A stretch of DNA of 63,890 bases, the filler included, from Octopus bimaculoides (Eukaryota), in the NCBI RefSeq assembly GCF_001194135.2. It is 5 parts of 5 records of this genome, joined end to end, with 100 filler letters (N's around TTAATTAATTAA, not from the genome) between each part and the next. Parts side by side here need not be neighbours in the genome. Positions count along the whole stretch, not along the records: positions 21,749 to 47,427 come from NC_068996.1; 4 more parts are not named here. One strand, given 5' to 3'. The notes beneath the pieces were generated by a model. It saw nothing but the letters and a program-made list of their open reading frames with translations, was not told the DNA's origin and did no database searches. Both the position numbers and the translations under genes were made by a program. Below, piece by piece: positions 23,411 through 37,356 of the stretch (position 1 is the stretch's first letter; every line of letters begins with the position of its first letter).

Positions 23411-23483
<73 letters not shown>

Positions 23484-23679
23484 ATACATATATATATATG
23501 TGTGTGTGTGCGTGGTGTGTGTGTGTATGTATATATACGTATATACAAATATATATATAATATATATTTGCATGTATGTGTATATATATATGTATTTATA
23601 TATAATATATATATTTGTATGTATATATATATACTTATTTATATACATACATATATATATACATACACACACACACGTC

Positions 23680-23905
23680 GTATATATGTGTGTGTGTGTG
23701 TATGCGTATGTGTGTCTGTGCTTGTCCTCCCACCATCGCTTGACAACTATTGTTGATGCGTTTACGTCCCCTATAGTCTAACGGTTCGGCAAAAGAAACC
23801 GATAAAAATAAGTACTAGGTTTACAAAGATTAAAGTGCTGGGCTGGATTTGTTCGACTAAAGGCGGTGCTCCGGCATGGCCACAGTCAAATGACTGAAAC
23901 AAATA
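23680..23905 (+). mobile_element. SINE family B 3' half
   Basis: CCACCATCGCTTGACAAC...GGTTCGGCAAAAG...CGACTAAAGGCGGTGCTCC...GACTGAAACAA. Confidence 0.85.
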
Positions 23906-24519
23906 AAAGAATAAAAGAATAAAAGAATATACATACATGCATAAATATATACATGCGTGTATTTCTTTTATCATGTGTGTAGGCGTGGGGAAAGGTATCT
24001 GTAGCTATGTGTGCGCGCCTGCGTGTATATATTGCGTGTGATACGACAGATATGGACATTTATGAAGCGAAGATTTTGTCATATTTATATATACATGTAT
24101 ATGCACATATATGAGTGCATATGTATGTACATAGTATTATTCTCAATAGACTCGAGCTCGTTACCCATATGTGTACGTATAAGTGTACCAGTGCGCAGAC
24201 GAGTGAGTTCGTGTTTCTTTAGTACTGTTGGTCACTAGACGCATTTTCTTGCTAAGAAACATCATGAGTCGTCTGTAGAAAACGGCTATGACCATATTGT
24301 GTGAGAGCGTATGTGTGTGTGTGTGTGTGTGTGTATGCGCGCGTATGCACGTGTTTGGTAGACAAGAGAATAATGATGACCTGTGAAATGTTCCTTCTAG
24401 AAAGATCGTTGAACCCAGTCGAGTTGTAAAATTAAAACAAATTTGAACTGAACGAAGACACGAAGAGTTGAAGATAACAAAGGAAAGAAATTTATAATGA
24501 TAACAACAACAACAACTAC

Positions 24520-24579
<60 letters not shown>

Positions 24580-24913
24580 CTTTGCTTTTAATTATTTTCT
24601 GTTTTACTTTATTTTATTTTATTTTATTTTTTAAGCTGAATCTGATAATTAAACCACTCAATAGATTCTCCGCTTAATGAAGGCAGACCGACAAGCACTA
24701 CAACTGGTTGATAATGGAACATCAAAGAAACGGTTTCGTCAGCGTTAATTGCAAGCAGAACTGCGTATATCTTGCTGTACTAATATGGCGCTTGTTGAAG
24801 ACGACAACGACACGACAACAGCGACATCAGCATCACCAGGAACAACAACGGCGATGACGACGACGACGACGCCGACGCCAACGATGATGATGGTCGTGAT
24901 GTTGTTGCTGATG

Positions 24914-24990
<77 letters not shown>

Positions 24991-25302
24991 AACATCAGTC
25001 TTAATTATAACAAAAATAATAATGATGATGATAACATCAAGAAGGTGGATGAAGAGGAGGAAGAGAAAGGGGAGGAGGAGAAAGAGAAGAAGAAGAAGAA
25101 GAAGAAGAAGAAGAAGAAGAAGAAGAAGAAGAAGAAGAAGAAGACTCTACTTTTGGCACAAGGCCAGAAATTCTGGTGGAGGGGACATGTCGATTACATC
25201 GACCCTAGTCCCTTTTAATGCTTTATTTATTAAAAGGCAGAATTGACCTCGGCAGGATTTGAGCAATAATAATAGTAATAATAATAATAATAATGATAAT
25301 GA

Positions 25303-25575
25303 TATGACAGGTTAGCTTGGGAGGTTAAGCAGTTGTGGTCGATGAAAAAGGTGATAGTAGTACCACTAATTGTCGGAGCCCTGAGAACAGTGAGTAACAA
25401 TCTTGAGAAGTACCTGGAACAAATAGGGGCTGCTATAAGGGTGGAGCACTTGCAGACAACAGCACTGCTGGGAACCGCTGGAATACTCCGGAAGGTGCTC
25501 GAAAAATAAGAGGTGTTACATTAGTTCACTGGTAGTGAATAGCTGACACCGCAGAACATCTCCAGCGTTAGAAGT
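25303..25575 (+). mobile_element. R4/Dong-like (RLE) LINE 3' terminus between (TAA)n tracts
   Basis: VIVVPLIVGAL.TV...LEKYLEQIG...LQTTALLGTAGILRKVL*; TAA tracts at ~25265-25295 and ~25587-25612. Confidence 0.75.
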
Positions 25576-25612
25576 TATGCAAAGGCAATAATAATAATTA
25601 TTAATAATAATA

Positions 25613-26995
25613 AAAAAAGCACCATGGAACAGAGAAACCTTCTCAAAATTGTCCATAGTTTCAGCAAGGACGTCGAAATCTGCATGGGGCTGAACAAATG
25701 AGCCGAGGTCACACTCAGAAGAGGTAAATTAATCAGCACTGAAAACACTGCTCTTGACATAGACACAGAAATTAGAGAATTAAACCACACCCACCCATAC
25801 AAATATCTAGGAATAGAAGAAACAGCTAAAGTACAACATACAGAAATGAAAGAGAAAATTAGGAGAGAGTATTACAGAAGAGTTAGACTAATATTAAACA
25901 CTGAACTTAATGCTAAAAATAAGACAATAGGGATAAACACGTTAACCATACCAGTCATAAATTACAGCTTCAATATAATAAACTGGAAGGTAAGTGGATT
26001 GAGAAACGTAGATAGAAAAAACAGAAAACTATTAACAGCGTACCGAAGTCAGCACACCAAAGCAAACGCAGACAGAATATATCTATCCCGTTCAGAAGGA
26101 GGTCATGGTCTGACACTAGTAGAGAGCTACTATGAAATAACAACAGTTGGACTAAAACTTGGAAACAAAAAGTGGAAGACTATTACATATAATTAAGTAA
26201 CACAAGAAAAAGAAATCGTGTTTCCCTGTACATAATGAGGCAAGAAAATACGATACACGAAATTGTCAATGAGATAAAACAAAACTGCAAAACAAGACTG
26301 CAAAACATATTATAGAAGAAATAGAGAGAAAAATCACTCCATGGCCAATACTTTGCAAGGCCTGACAGAGAAAAAGTGAGCCAAATTGAAAGCCAGCAAT
26401 GGCTCAAAAGCTCTGGGCTAAAAGCTGATACGGAAGGACTGATCCTCGCTGCACAAGACCAACACTTAACCACTAACAACTATAAGAGCAAAATGATAGA
26501 AAGAGACCCTAACACCAAATGCAGAATGTGCAATCAGTACAATGAGGTAGTTGACCCGTCATTTCTGGCTGTCCAGTTTTTGCCAAATCTGAATATATAT
26601 ATACAGACATGATCGAGCAAGTAGTTATATCCGCTGGACAATATGCCAACACTTCTACATAAAAACTGACACGAAATGGTATAAATATGTGGCAAACAAG
26701 GTACATGACAACGACCAGGTCACAATCATCTGGGACATGATCGTTCAAACTGACAAAAAAGGAAAGCTAATCGTGCAGACATAATAATGAAAGGTTGGAA
26801 AAAAGAACACTTGTTTACTGATAGACATAGCAGTTCCTTCTGACCAAGTTATTGCCCAAAAAGACGTGGAGAAATTGTCAAAGTACAAAGACCTCGAAAT
26901 TGAAGTATTTAAGATGTGGGGCATGAAGATGAAAACAACACCAGTAATAATTGGAGAAATGGACATGATAATAAAACATATGAACAAAACGTAGA
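25613..26995 (+). mobile_element. R4/Dong-like LINE, RT thumb, zinc knuckle and RLE domain remnant
   Basis: YKYLGI, LNAKNK...IN....PVINYSF, R.YLSRSEGGHGL, LHGQY, GL..TEG.I.AAQDQ, CRMC, RHDR, WD..VQTD, EKLSKYKDLEIE. Confidence 0.9.
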
Positions 26996-26999
26996 AGCT

Positions 27000-27215
27000 A
27001 TACCTGGACCCCCCGCTTTCATGACAGATTCCAAGTAGCGATGTTCGAATGCATTGGATTGATCCAAATTGATCAGGACACCACTGGAGCCAGCTTTAGT
27101 CCCAGTTATTGCATAAGATAGAAGTTGTCTTGGAGCGACCTGTTCGGAATTGCGCACGTTTGCAAACTGCTGACGATATGCACCAACGTTTTCGCTAACA
27201 CTTTGGCCAAAGTTT
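27000..27215 (-). mobile_element. Tx1/L1-type LINE RT fragment
   Basis: LAKVLAK.L...VSSLQTCAIPNRSLQDN; LINLDQSNAF. Same family as 47528-47790. Confidence 0.7.
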
Positions 27216-27372
27216 CTGAGACCTGATCTTTTTTGTCTGGTGGTAGAATGAGATTAGGTTTTAACCAAGCATTTTCGGAAAATTTTTTGCCAAAATCATT
27301 TTGAATGTTTGTTCCATCCATCTCTGTTGAGTAGTTTTGTCGAAAGATGCGTTGTTGGTTTACTTGTTGATA

Positions 27373-27408
<36 letters not shown>

Positions 27409-28080
27409 CTGTTGTTCGTAGCGGATGACGTGGTTTCAGTTCCTTTGTTAAAAACTTTCATCTTCTGTTTGTCTTGAAATATGTTGCTATTGTTGACGCT
27501 GATGTCACTGCTGCTGTTGTTGTCGTTGCGTGCGTCGATATTTCCATTATCTGTACCTCTTTAAATTTGCTAATGTTGTTGCTGCTGCGTTTGTTGTTGT
27601 TGTTGTTGTTGTCGTCGTTGTCGTCGTCGTCGTTGTTGTTGTTGTTGTTGTAGTTGATGGTGATAATGATGGTGGTTTTCAATGATTTCTTTGTTGAAAT
27701 TTTCCGTCTTCTGTTTATTTCTCAACACTACTGTTGCTGAAAGCTGTCTTGTCGTCTGTTTTCAAACGGTGGCATAGCGAGTCCCGTTCCTACCGACTTT
27801 CACTGCGTTCTGACATCGCTCTTTCTTTCACAAACGAACCTCACCGCGTCGTCTAATGTGTTGTCGATGGAGGCAGACGATAAAATCTTCATAAACGAAA
27901 CAAAATTAAATCGAGATTCCCCCGAAAAACTGAGGACAAGATACGAAAGGAAACTCACCAGTCAGTACAGAACAACTCGTTTTTGACAATGGTCTAAATT
28001 TCAAAACTGGATGTAACATTTATCCGTGATTTTTATTTTATAAAATATACATAGCCGAGGTTAAATCTAGCTTGCTCGGT

Positions 28081-28146
<66 letters not shown>

Positions 28147-28148
<2 letters not shown>

Positions 28149-29487
28149 TGTAATGTTGACAGAAAAATACGAAAACTGTTGACAATGCATAGAATGCACC
28201 ACCCTAAGGCAGATATAGAACGTCTTTATCTGCCAAGAAAAGAAGGAGGCCGAGGACNNNNNNNNNNNNNNNNNNNNNNNNNNNNNNNNNNNNNNNNNNN
28301 NNNNNNNNNNNNNNNNNNNNNNNNNNNNNNNNNNNNNNNNNNNNNNNNNNNNNNNNNNNNNNNNNNNNNNNNNNNNNNNNNNNNNNNNNNNNNNNNNNNN
28401 NNNNNNNNNNNNNNNNNNNNNNNNNNNNNNNNNNNNNNNNNNNNNNNNNNNNNNNNNNNNNNNNNNNNNNNNNNNNNNNNNNNNNNNNNNNNNNNNNNNN
28501 NNNNNNNNNNNNNNNNNNNNNNNNNNNNNNNNNNNNNNNNNNNNNNNNNNNNNNNNNNNNNNNNNNNNNNNNNNNNNNNNNNNNNNNNNNNNNNNNNNNN
28601 NNNNNNNNNNNNNNNNNNNNNNNNNNNNNNNNNNNNNNNNNNNNNNNNNNNNNNNNNNNNNNNNNNNNNNNNNNNNNNNNNNNNNNNNNNNNNNNNNNNN
28701 NNNNNNNNNNNNNNNNNNNNNNNNNNNNNNNNNNNNNNNNNNNNNNNNNNNNNNNNNNNNNNNNNNNNNNNNNNNNNNNNNNNNNNNNNNNNNNNNNNNN
28801 NNNNNNNNNNNNNNNNNNNNNNNNNNNNNNNNNNNNNNNNNNNNNNNNNNNNNNNNNNNNNNNNNNNNNNNNNNNNNNNNNNNNNNNNNNNNNNNNNNNN
28901 NNNNNNNNNNNNNNNNNNNNNNNNNNNNNNNNNNNNNNNNNNNNNNNNNNNNNNNNNNNNNNNNNNNNNNNNNNNNNNNNNNNNNNNNNNNNNNNNNNNN
29001 NNNNNNNNNNNNNNNNNNNNNNNNNNNNNNNNNNNNNNNNNNNNNNNNNNNNNNNNNNNNNNNNNNNNNNNNNNNNNNNNNNNNNNNNNNNNNNNNNNNN
29101 NNNNNNNNNNNNNNNNNNNNNNNNNNNNNNNNNNNNNNNNNNNNNNNNNNNNNNNNNNNNNNNNNNNNNNNNNNNNNNNNNNNNNNNNNNNNNNNNNNNN
29201 NNNNNNNNNNNNNNNNNNNNNNNNNNNNNNNNNNNNNNNNNNNNNNNNNNNNNNAAGATAGTGCCCATATCCTACGTAAAATACTGTCTATGTGATCTCA
29301 AATTTTAAAGCAAACACATAATTTTCTTATGGTTTCTTAAACATTCACTTGAACAAAACTGTACAAATCCAAATATATGGTACCCTAGGCATAACACCTA
29401 CATGAACTTCTAACTTGTTGTCTCTTGAGGTCTCTGGGTGAGACTGGGATCCAACTTGTACAAATGCAAAACAAAAGTCAAACATAA
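28147..29487 (+). mobile_element. 5'-truncated R4/Dong-like LINE flanked on both sides by (TAA)n, interior mostly gap
   Basis: LTMHRMHHPKADIERLYLPRKEGGRG; AHILRKILS* after the gap; TAA tracts at 28081-28146 and 29487-29567. Confidence 0.8.
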
Positions 29488-29568
<81 letters not shown>

Positions 29569-29799
29569 TTCTTTATTAACCACTGAGGGCTCATACAAAA
29601 GATTGGCGACAGTACAGGACGATACACTACATATAGAGTGTGACTGAAGCATATAAAACCAGAATAACAATAAGCGAAGGAGGACAAATTTGGGAGTGGT
29701 CTAGATTGACTATCACAAAGCTTACAATATGATTCCACATTGGTGGATCATTTAGAGCTTAGATTTGTTTGGAATTCCAAGGAATGTAACGTGTTTTCT

Positions 29800-30415
29800 G
29801 AAGAGAAATACGGTGGGGTGGAAAATTGTTGCCATCGCACGGTCAAAGCCTAGGCATCCTGGGTATGAGGAGAGGGATTTTCCAAGGTAATGGCTTATCT
29901 CTATTGCTTTTTGTTTTTTGTATGACTCCTCTGACCTTGGTAATTTGGAAAATGAACCTGGGATATCGGTTAAAGCGAAAATCTCAAAGAATCGACCACC
30001 TCCTCGTCAGGGATGATTTGAAACTGTATGGCAAGGATAAGGTACACGTGACCTCCTTGATGGACACGGTCCATTGTTTTAGTGCTGATATTAAGATGGA
30101 ATTCGAACTCAAGAAGTGTGATATAATGAGCCTGAAAAGAGGAACGGTACAGTCTCTGGCAGGGATAGAATTACCTAACAAAGAATTGACGAAACAAATT
30201 GAAAAGGAAGGTTAGAAATACTTTGGCATACTAGAGTTCAACGAAATCATGGAGAAGGAAATGAAAGAACAGCTGAGGAAAGAATATTTTCCGAGGACTA
30301 GGAGTGGTGCTTCGCTCAAAATTGACTGGATGGAATAAAATTCAAACCGTAAATCCATGGGCGAAAGCATGACTTCGGTATGGAGGTAGGATCATAAACT
30401 GGCAAACGAAAGAAC
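29800..30415 (+). mobile_element. R4/Dong-like LINE RT core fragment
   Basis: RRGIFQGNGLSLLLF, HLLVRDDLKLY (YMDD-equivalent), F..DI.MEF.LKKC. Confidence 0.85.
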
Positions 30416-30773
30416 TGATGAGCATGGATACGAAGACAAAGAAAATATTTTTTATTGCTCACAAGGGGCTAAACTTCTTTTTCTGTCGTCTTCCTTTTTT
30501 CTATTTTTTTCTTTCTTTCCGCCTGTTATTATACTTAAAAACTGATGATGTCATTCCATCAACGTATGGACGCTGGTTGCTCTCGTTCATAGTTTACGTT
30601 TAAATGTCAGTAATTTTGAATTTTTAATCACCTCTTATTTTGAACTTGACAAAGACAGACGTACTGTTGAAATATTGTTCAACGAATAAAACATTTATAC
30701 AATCGAATCGCGCTCTTCGTCTTGACTATTTTCCTTCGTGAAGAGTTACGTCAATCCTTTTTAAAATATAATA

Positions 30774-30847
<74 letters not shown>

Positions 30848-30862
30848 AATGATGATGATGAT

Positions 30863-31305
30863 AAGCAGAGACTGGAGGATTTTTAATTGCAGCACAAGAT
30901 CAAAGCCATTCCACCAGAAATCATCAAAAACACATAATGAAAAGAAATACAAGTAACTTCAGAATATGTGGAGATGGAGAAGAAACAATAAATCGTATCG
31001 TCTGTGGCTGTCCAGTCTTGGCTAAGAAGAAATATATTTACAGACACGACAGAGTTGGGACCTACATACACTGGAAGCTATGCCAATACTATGGAATAAC
31101 GACAGAAAAAATATGGTATAGGCACACGCCAGAAAGGGTCACAGAAAATGAGAAAGCAATCATACACCGAGATATTCCAATACACACAAATAGAGAAATT
31201 AAGGCCAATAGGCCGGATATAGTTGTCAGAGATCAACAAGAAAAAATGCTTTCTAATCGATGTATCAATATCAACAGATGACTATTTCTCTAAAAGGAAC
31301 ATTCA
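30863..31305 (+). mobile_element. R4/Dong-like LINE zinc knuckle/RLE fragment following (GAT)n
   Basis: RICG..EETI..IV.GCPVLAK..YI.RHDRV..YIHW.LC, NRPDIVV, CFLIDVSI. Confidence 0.85.
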
Positions 31306-31902
31306 GGCACCACACAAATCCTCCGTAAAACATTTCCAATGCAGTGAAAATAAGAGCACCACAACAAACCACAGCACGTACCCAAGGCACAATGATGCAG
31401 TACCAGACAATGGCTCTCATGGCTTCTGATCTTAATTGATTGGAAGTGTTATCATGTACATTGTTCTGTCTTGGTATAAAACATGAGCTACAGCAAATAT
31501 TCAATATCACAGTTGAGCATGTCCCTTGGTGGCTGACGATATGTGCATCTCTGATCATGAGCAGAAGTAGTAGGGGAGCATCATATCCATGTGTTGAGAG
31601 GAATTCTTTGGGGTTTGAATAATACACCTATGGAAACATGGGTGTTTTGCTCAACATCCTTAAACAAACCTTATTCAGGGACCTTTTGAGCAAGATGGGC
31701 TACTCGACCTGAAGAAAATTCTAACTGGGTCCCATCTGCAAGGTCATGCGCTGTTTATCTTGATATGAGATCACCATGTCACGCACACATAGCTGTGATG
31801 CATGTTCCTGGTGTCCCCTTATCAGACGGGTAGTTATGATGGGTATATTGGGCTTCGTATGATTTATCCGTGTCATCTCGATGGCATGCATTGCACTCTC
31901 AC

Positions 31903-31966
<64 letters not shown>

Positions 31967-32619
31967 TCCTTTCTACAAAGGCAAAAGGTCTGAAATTTTG
32001 GGGGAGGGGCTAGTCGATTATATCGACTCCAGTGTTTCACTGGTACTTAATTCATCGACACCGAAAGGATGGAAGGTAAAGTCAATCTCGGCGGAATTTG
32101 AACGCAGTATCTAAATATAGACGAAATGCCCCTAAATATTTTGCCCGGCGTGCTAAGGATTCTGCCAGCCCGCCCACCCATCGCCAAACAACCAATTGTC
32201 GGAGAACCTGAGTAATAATAATAAAGGTTCCAAATTTAGGCACAAGGCCAGCAATTACCAGGAAGCGGTTAGTCAGTACCAGTGACTCCAATATTGGTAC
32301 TTCAGTTTATCGATACCGAAACGGCAAAAAGTGGATGATGATGATTATCTTTCTTTTATTAGTCACAAGGGTTAATAAACAACATTACAAAGACAAGATT
32401 AGATAAAATGGAGGAGAATTTTACGTGTGAAGAAAATGTAAACAATGGCAATCATAGTAACAAGGAAATTTTAACAAAGAAAATCCGCCCCCACCTCAAA
32501 AACACAGTCCCCCTTCAGAAACACATGGGAATCGTCCAGAAACACAATCATTATGACCACTGAGGCAGGCTCCCTCTATAAGCTGTCCCCCTCTACTTTT
32601 AAAAGCCCATGCCCTTAGC

Positions 32620-32960
32620 AGACCCGTTCATACCATGATCGCCATTTATATACCCTTCTTAACGAATTTGATGGAAGGCAGCACTTCCTTCTGCACATCC
32701 TATTTCCATTTTAAGTGAAACTTGAAAAAGTTGATGACAGTTTGGCCAAGGAAGAAAAGTATCTATCCCAGCAAAAGAAGTGAAACTTTGAACATAACTT
32801 GACAGCTGAATCTGTCCCACATGTGACAGTAAGTGCTCCACTTAACCCCAATACACAGGCAGTGGCCCTGTGCGTGCAGAATGATCCCCTCACTTGACAC
32901 GCATTCGAACAAGCTTCACTGACAGCACACACATGCCAGTAAAGTTTATCTTGGATTAGC
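32620..32960 (-). mobile_element. Tx1/L1-type LINE C-terminal fragment
   Basis: L.IQDKLY.H...VS.AC..C.Q and EHLLSHVGQIQLS resemble the zinc-knuckle region of Tx1-like ORF2; strongly decayed. Confidence 0.45.
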
Positions 32961-33039
32961 AATGTCCCTTTCTAGCGGGAGGAGGGAGGGAGGAGAGGAA
33001 AGGGAGAAGAAGAAGAAGAAGAAGAAGAAGAAGAAGAAG

Positions 33040-33070
<31 letters not shown>

Positions 33071-33420
33071 GGGGAGGAGGAGGAAGAGGAGGAGGAAGAG
33101 GAGGAGGAAGANNNNNNNNNNNNNNNNNNNNNNNNNNNNNNNNNNNNNNNNNNNNNNNNNNNNNNNNNNNNNNNNNNNNNNNNNNNNNNNNNNNNNNNNN
33201 NNNNNNNNNNNNNNNNNNNNNNNNNNNNNNNNNNNNNNNNNNNNNNNNNNNNNNNNNNNNNNNNNNNNNNNNNNNNNNNNNNNNNNNNNNNNNNNNNNNN
33301 NNNNNNNNNNNNNNNNNNNNNNNNNNNNNNNNNNNNNNNNNNNNNNNNNNNNNNNNNNNNNNNNNNNNNNNNNNNNNNNNNNNNNNNNNNNNNNNNNNNN
33401 NNNNNNNNNNNNAATAATAA

Positions 33421-33451
<31 letters not shown>

Positions 33452-33649
33452 AAGAAGAAGAAGAAGAAGAAGAAGAAGAAGAAGAAGAAGAAGAAGAAGA
33501 AGAAGAAAAAGAAGAAGAAGAATGGTGATGTTATGCAAGTGTTTCGCTTTCTGCGTTTGTTACACTCTCCTGTTTGAAAACATAAAATATAGTCTTTATA
33601 TATGAAAATATAGGTTTTCGTTTTTGCCACGTGGTACTGATGATATACA

Positions 33650-34370
33650 TGGAATAGCTAAGCTATGCCAGAGTATTGTCCTGCCAAGAATAGTCTACTC
33701 AGGAGAAGCTTGGGAAATGACAGCCAAGATCACTCAGAGGTTGAATGCATTCCACTAATGGTGTCTACAAAGAATACTCAAGATCACTTCGAAGGGTAGA
33801 CCCAGAAATTCTGATGTCTTGAGAAGAGCCAGTTTGTATAGCCTGCAAGAGATTGTGGTAGAAAGATAGATGAGACTTGCAGGTTTTGTTTTCTGACTGC
33901 CAGAAGAACAAATACTCATAACAGCTATACAATGGGCACAACAAGAGTGACGAAGAAAGACAGTAGGCGGCGAGCTGGCAGAAACGTTAGCATAACGGGC
34001 GAAATGCTTAGCGGTATTTCGTCTGCCGTTATGTTCTGAGTTCAAATTCCGCCGAGGTCGACTTTGCCTTTCATCCTTTCGGGGTCGATAAATTAAGTAC
34101 CAGTTACGCACTAGGGTCGATGTAATCGACTTAACCCCCTTGTTTGTCTCCTATATGTTTAGCCCCTTGTGGTCAATAAAGAAATGGAAGAAAGACAGGT
34201 AGATAGTTAGATAGAGAGAGAAGGCAGGGGGGTGGAGAGAGATCCAAGACAAACTGGCACATCACCTTCAGACATCTGAATCATCTCAGCATCATCTGGG
34301 AAGATGTTGGGGACTGTGCTTAAAACTGCCAGCTGTATGGGAGGAAATAAGACTAAGACCAACTGTACAG
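33650..34370 (+). mobile_element. RTE-type LINE 3' fragment interrupted by a family A SINE
   Basis: IVLPRIVYSGEAW......RLNAFH.WCLQRILKI....R.RNSDVL; resumes after 34240. Confidence 0.7.
33966..34185 (+). mobile_element. SINE family A, low-divergence copy
   Basis: GGCGGCGAGCTGGCAGAAACGTTAGC...AATTCCGCCGAGGTCGACTTTGCCTTTCATCCTTTCGGGGTCG. Confidence 0.9.
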
Positions 34371-34804
34371 GCCAACGATTCGGGAGAAAATAAGTCTGAG
34401 ACTAAGTTAAGCTTCATGTGTTTTAAAGGTTGTCTAACCATTTTAATTTTAATTTTAGTTTTAATTTCTTATAAAGCTCTAAAAATACAAGATATTACAT
34501 TCAGGTAAAAATTGAAAAGTTTTAAAAGGTTGCTTCCGATATTGGTATTTTAATTAAAACATTATTTCAATTAATTTGCTGTGAATTATATATCTTCTTT
34601 TTTTCTTTTTTACTTTATGTCAGTTTAGATAGGTAGGCGTAATAACATTACTTCTACGAAAAACAAACAAGCAAATAAATTGACCGTATCATTGCGTATT
34701 TATTGCTAAACCATTAACTACAGCCAAATCAGGAGAGGGTAATTCATTTCTCAAGATAGCGTTTGTATTTCAATTTAGATTTTTACTTCAGTCAATTAAC
34801 TGTG

Positions 34805-34885
<81 letters not shown>

Positions 34886-35424
34886 CACACACATACACAC
34901 ACGTACACACACATACACACACATACACACACATACACACACATACACACACGCACACGCACACACACATACACACACACTCACACATTGCAGTCTTTTG
35001 CATCAGTATTTCTAACATTGAAGAGCAAATACCGGCACAATTTCGTATTTATAATTGATTAGTTGAAAATGGATAGGCCAGAAACAACAATTTACTTTCC
35101 TTGCTAAATAGAAATAGGTTGGTGCTAAAAACAAAACAAAAACCTGCGGTGTATATTGTTCAGAGATGAACTGGTACAATTAATATATCATAAATGAATG
35201 AAAAGTAGGTATTTGATGAAGTCTATTACATTGTATAACATGTGTGTGTGTCTGTGTCTGTGTGTATGGGTGCGTGTGTGCATGTTTGGATGGATAGATG
35301 GATGGATGGATGAATGAATGGACGGATGGATGTACAGTGTTATGTATGTGCGTATTGGCCTCACACCCTCGGACATACGAGAATTACTGACCATTATGGT
35401 TAGTAACACATTTCCAATATAACG

Positions 35425-36540
35425 GTGTGATTTACAAACAGACTTCCAGCCTACCTATGGGATCTAGCCTTTCAGGCTTGCTGACCATCACGTACATGGC
35501 TATGATAGAACGCACAGCACTCAACACCTGCTGCTCATGCATCTTCTTCTCCAGGTACGTTGATGATATCCTTATCATCACGTCCTCCAAGGATGAGGCC
35601 ACTAACATGCAGCGGACCTTCAATAACATTGACATAAACATCAAATCGGAGATTGAACATCCAGGCGAGTCCGGAACCCTCTCTCTGCTCGACTTTCAAC
35701 TCAGGATCACAGAGGAAGTCTCCATATTTTCCAGATTCTAAAGAAAAGCCGCTAGCAGAAAACTTTTCGCCCACTACCAATCAGCCTGACCTACCAGAGC
35801 CCAAGCCGCATACATGAGAAACAAGATTGCACGCGTAAACAACAATTGTAGCGAAGTGACCGACAAAGCCGTCAACATCAAACAGTTCATCAAAGATCTA
35901 ACCCTGAATGGCTACCCACCATCTTTAATTAAACAACGGCGCCTAAAGAACATCAGGGTCAATAAACCCCGGAAGAACCCTCATAGTCCCAAGTCCGGCA
36001 CGTGCTTCTTAAAACTACCATATTTTGGTGACAGAACTACTGCAGCGATACAGTACGTAGTCCGCAGGGAAGGACTCGATATGCAGATAGTGCACATCGG
36101 CCGATCTCTGAGAAAATCTCTGTCCACGAACAACACCTTTCACCACTCTGAAGACTGCACATTATCGAACTGTCTCATCAATGACCCTGTGCCAGAGGAC
36201 CTATATTGTATACGAGATCATCTGTGGCAAATGTGGTGCATCCTACATAGGAAGCACAAGAAAACTGCATATACACATAAAAGAACATATGCAGGCTGAC
36301 ACTTCTGCGAAGAAACACTACGAAAATACCAGATCTGGGAATTCACAGTGCACATCAGGGCAACATAGCACAACAGGGGCAACTTTAGAATCTCCGAGGC
36401 CATCCTTATACACCAAAGGAAACCAACTATCAACAACAGAAGATAGTTACAGGAAGCTAGCTGGTTGCTATAGCAATAATTTTCCGAGCATGTCTACTCC
36501 ACACACACTCATACACACGCACATCTGCAACATTTGTTAA
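35425..36540 (+). mobile_element. Penelope-like element, RT C-terminal half plus GIY-YIG
   Basis: YKQ...LPMGSSLS, RYVDDI, LSLLD, KLPY.G, VYEIICGKCGASYIGST; stops and frameshifts. Confidence 0.9.
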
Positions 36541-36541
36541 T

Positions 36542-36577
36542 TTCCTGAGGAAGAGGTCATAACCCCTAAATATTGAA
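36542..36577 (+). ncRNA. Degenerate minimal hammerhead-like motif at PLE 3' end
   Basis: TTC-CTGAGGA-A-GAGGT-CATA-ACCCC-TAAA-TATT-GAA; G12U mutation, palindromic ATAT. Confidence 0.5.
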
Positions 36578-37356
36578 TGCAAGGTAAGTCTAAATTAATT
36601 CATATATGTGTTTCCTTGAGATTTACCTTGTATCTACTTCGCATTGTTCTGGCTTTACCCACGTTATACAGCATCTATGTATGTATGTATGTATGTCATT
36701 ATTTAATTTTATGTCAAGATTTCTTGCCAATAGCGAAAGAACCAGTTTTAAACCTAGATCCAAGGCTCCTTCATTGGAATTTCAACATCAACAACAGGGT
36801 ATTTTTGTTTGTATGTATGTATGTATGTATGTATGTATATATGTATGCATGTATGCATGTATATGTATGTATGTATGTATGTATGTATGCATATGTGGAG
36901 ATTTGTATGTTTTATTTTATGTATGTCTTCTTATGCGTATAGTTGCATATCTAGACATGCTCATATATATAATGGGAAGTTTTACAGATTTTTACACTTC
37001 CAGTGATGAATTGGATCTGTAGTCTTCAAATCAACATTTTCCTTTCCGGTTTTGAGAAGCCTAATTTCTCAAAATTAGTATTTAGGCAGTGTGTCACATA
37101 TCCCCGGGCCCCAATAATTGCAGGTATAAACCTGAATTTGTAGAGTACTATGGGTAGAGTACTATAGTACTCTGGGTAGAGTACTATAACCTTCTCAATA
37201 GCTCAGCATAGGTATTCTCTTTCTCGCTGATCTTCAGCTTTACGTTAACAACCTCTGGCGGTTGATTTCCACAACTGTGCACAGTTTCTTCTCTGTCTCA
37301 AACTACTACGTCAGATCTACTGTTTTTACATTTTATTGAGATTTTCACTGGGACGT

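Noticed and set aside
24749-25246. 165-aa ORF with poly-Thr/Met/Arg tracts, and similar ORFs over (TATG)n, (CA)n, (TAA)n and (AAG)n
   Set aside because: These are translations of stop-free microsatellites with no domain content.
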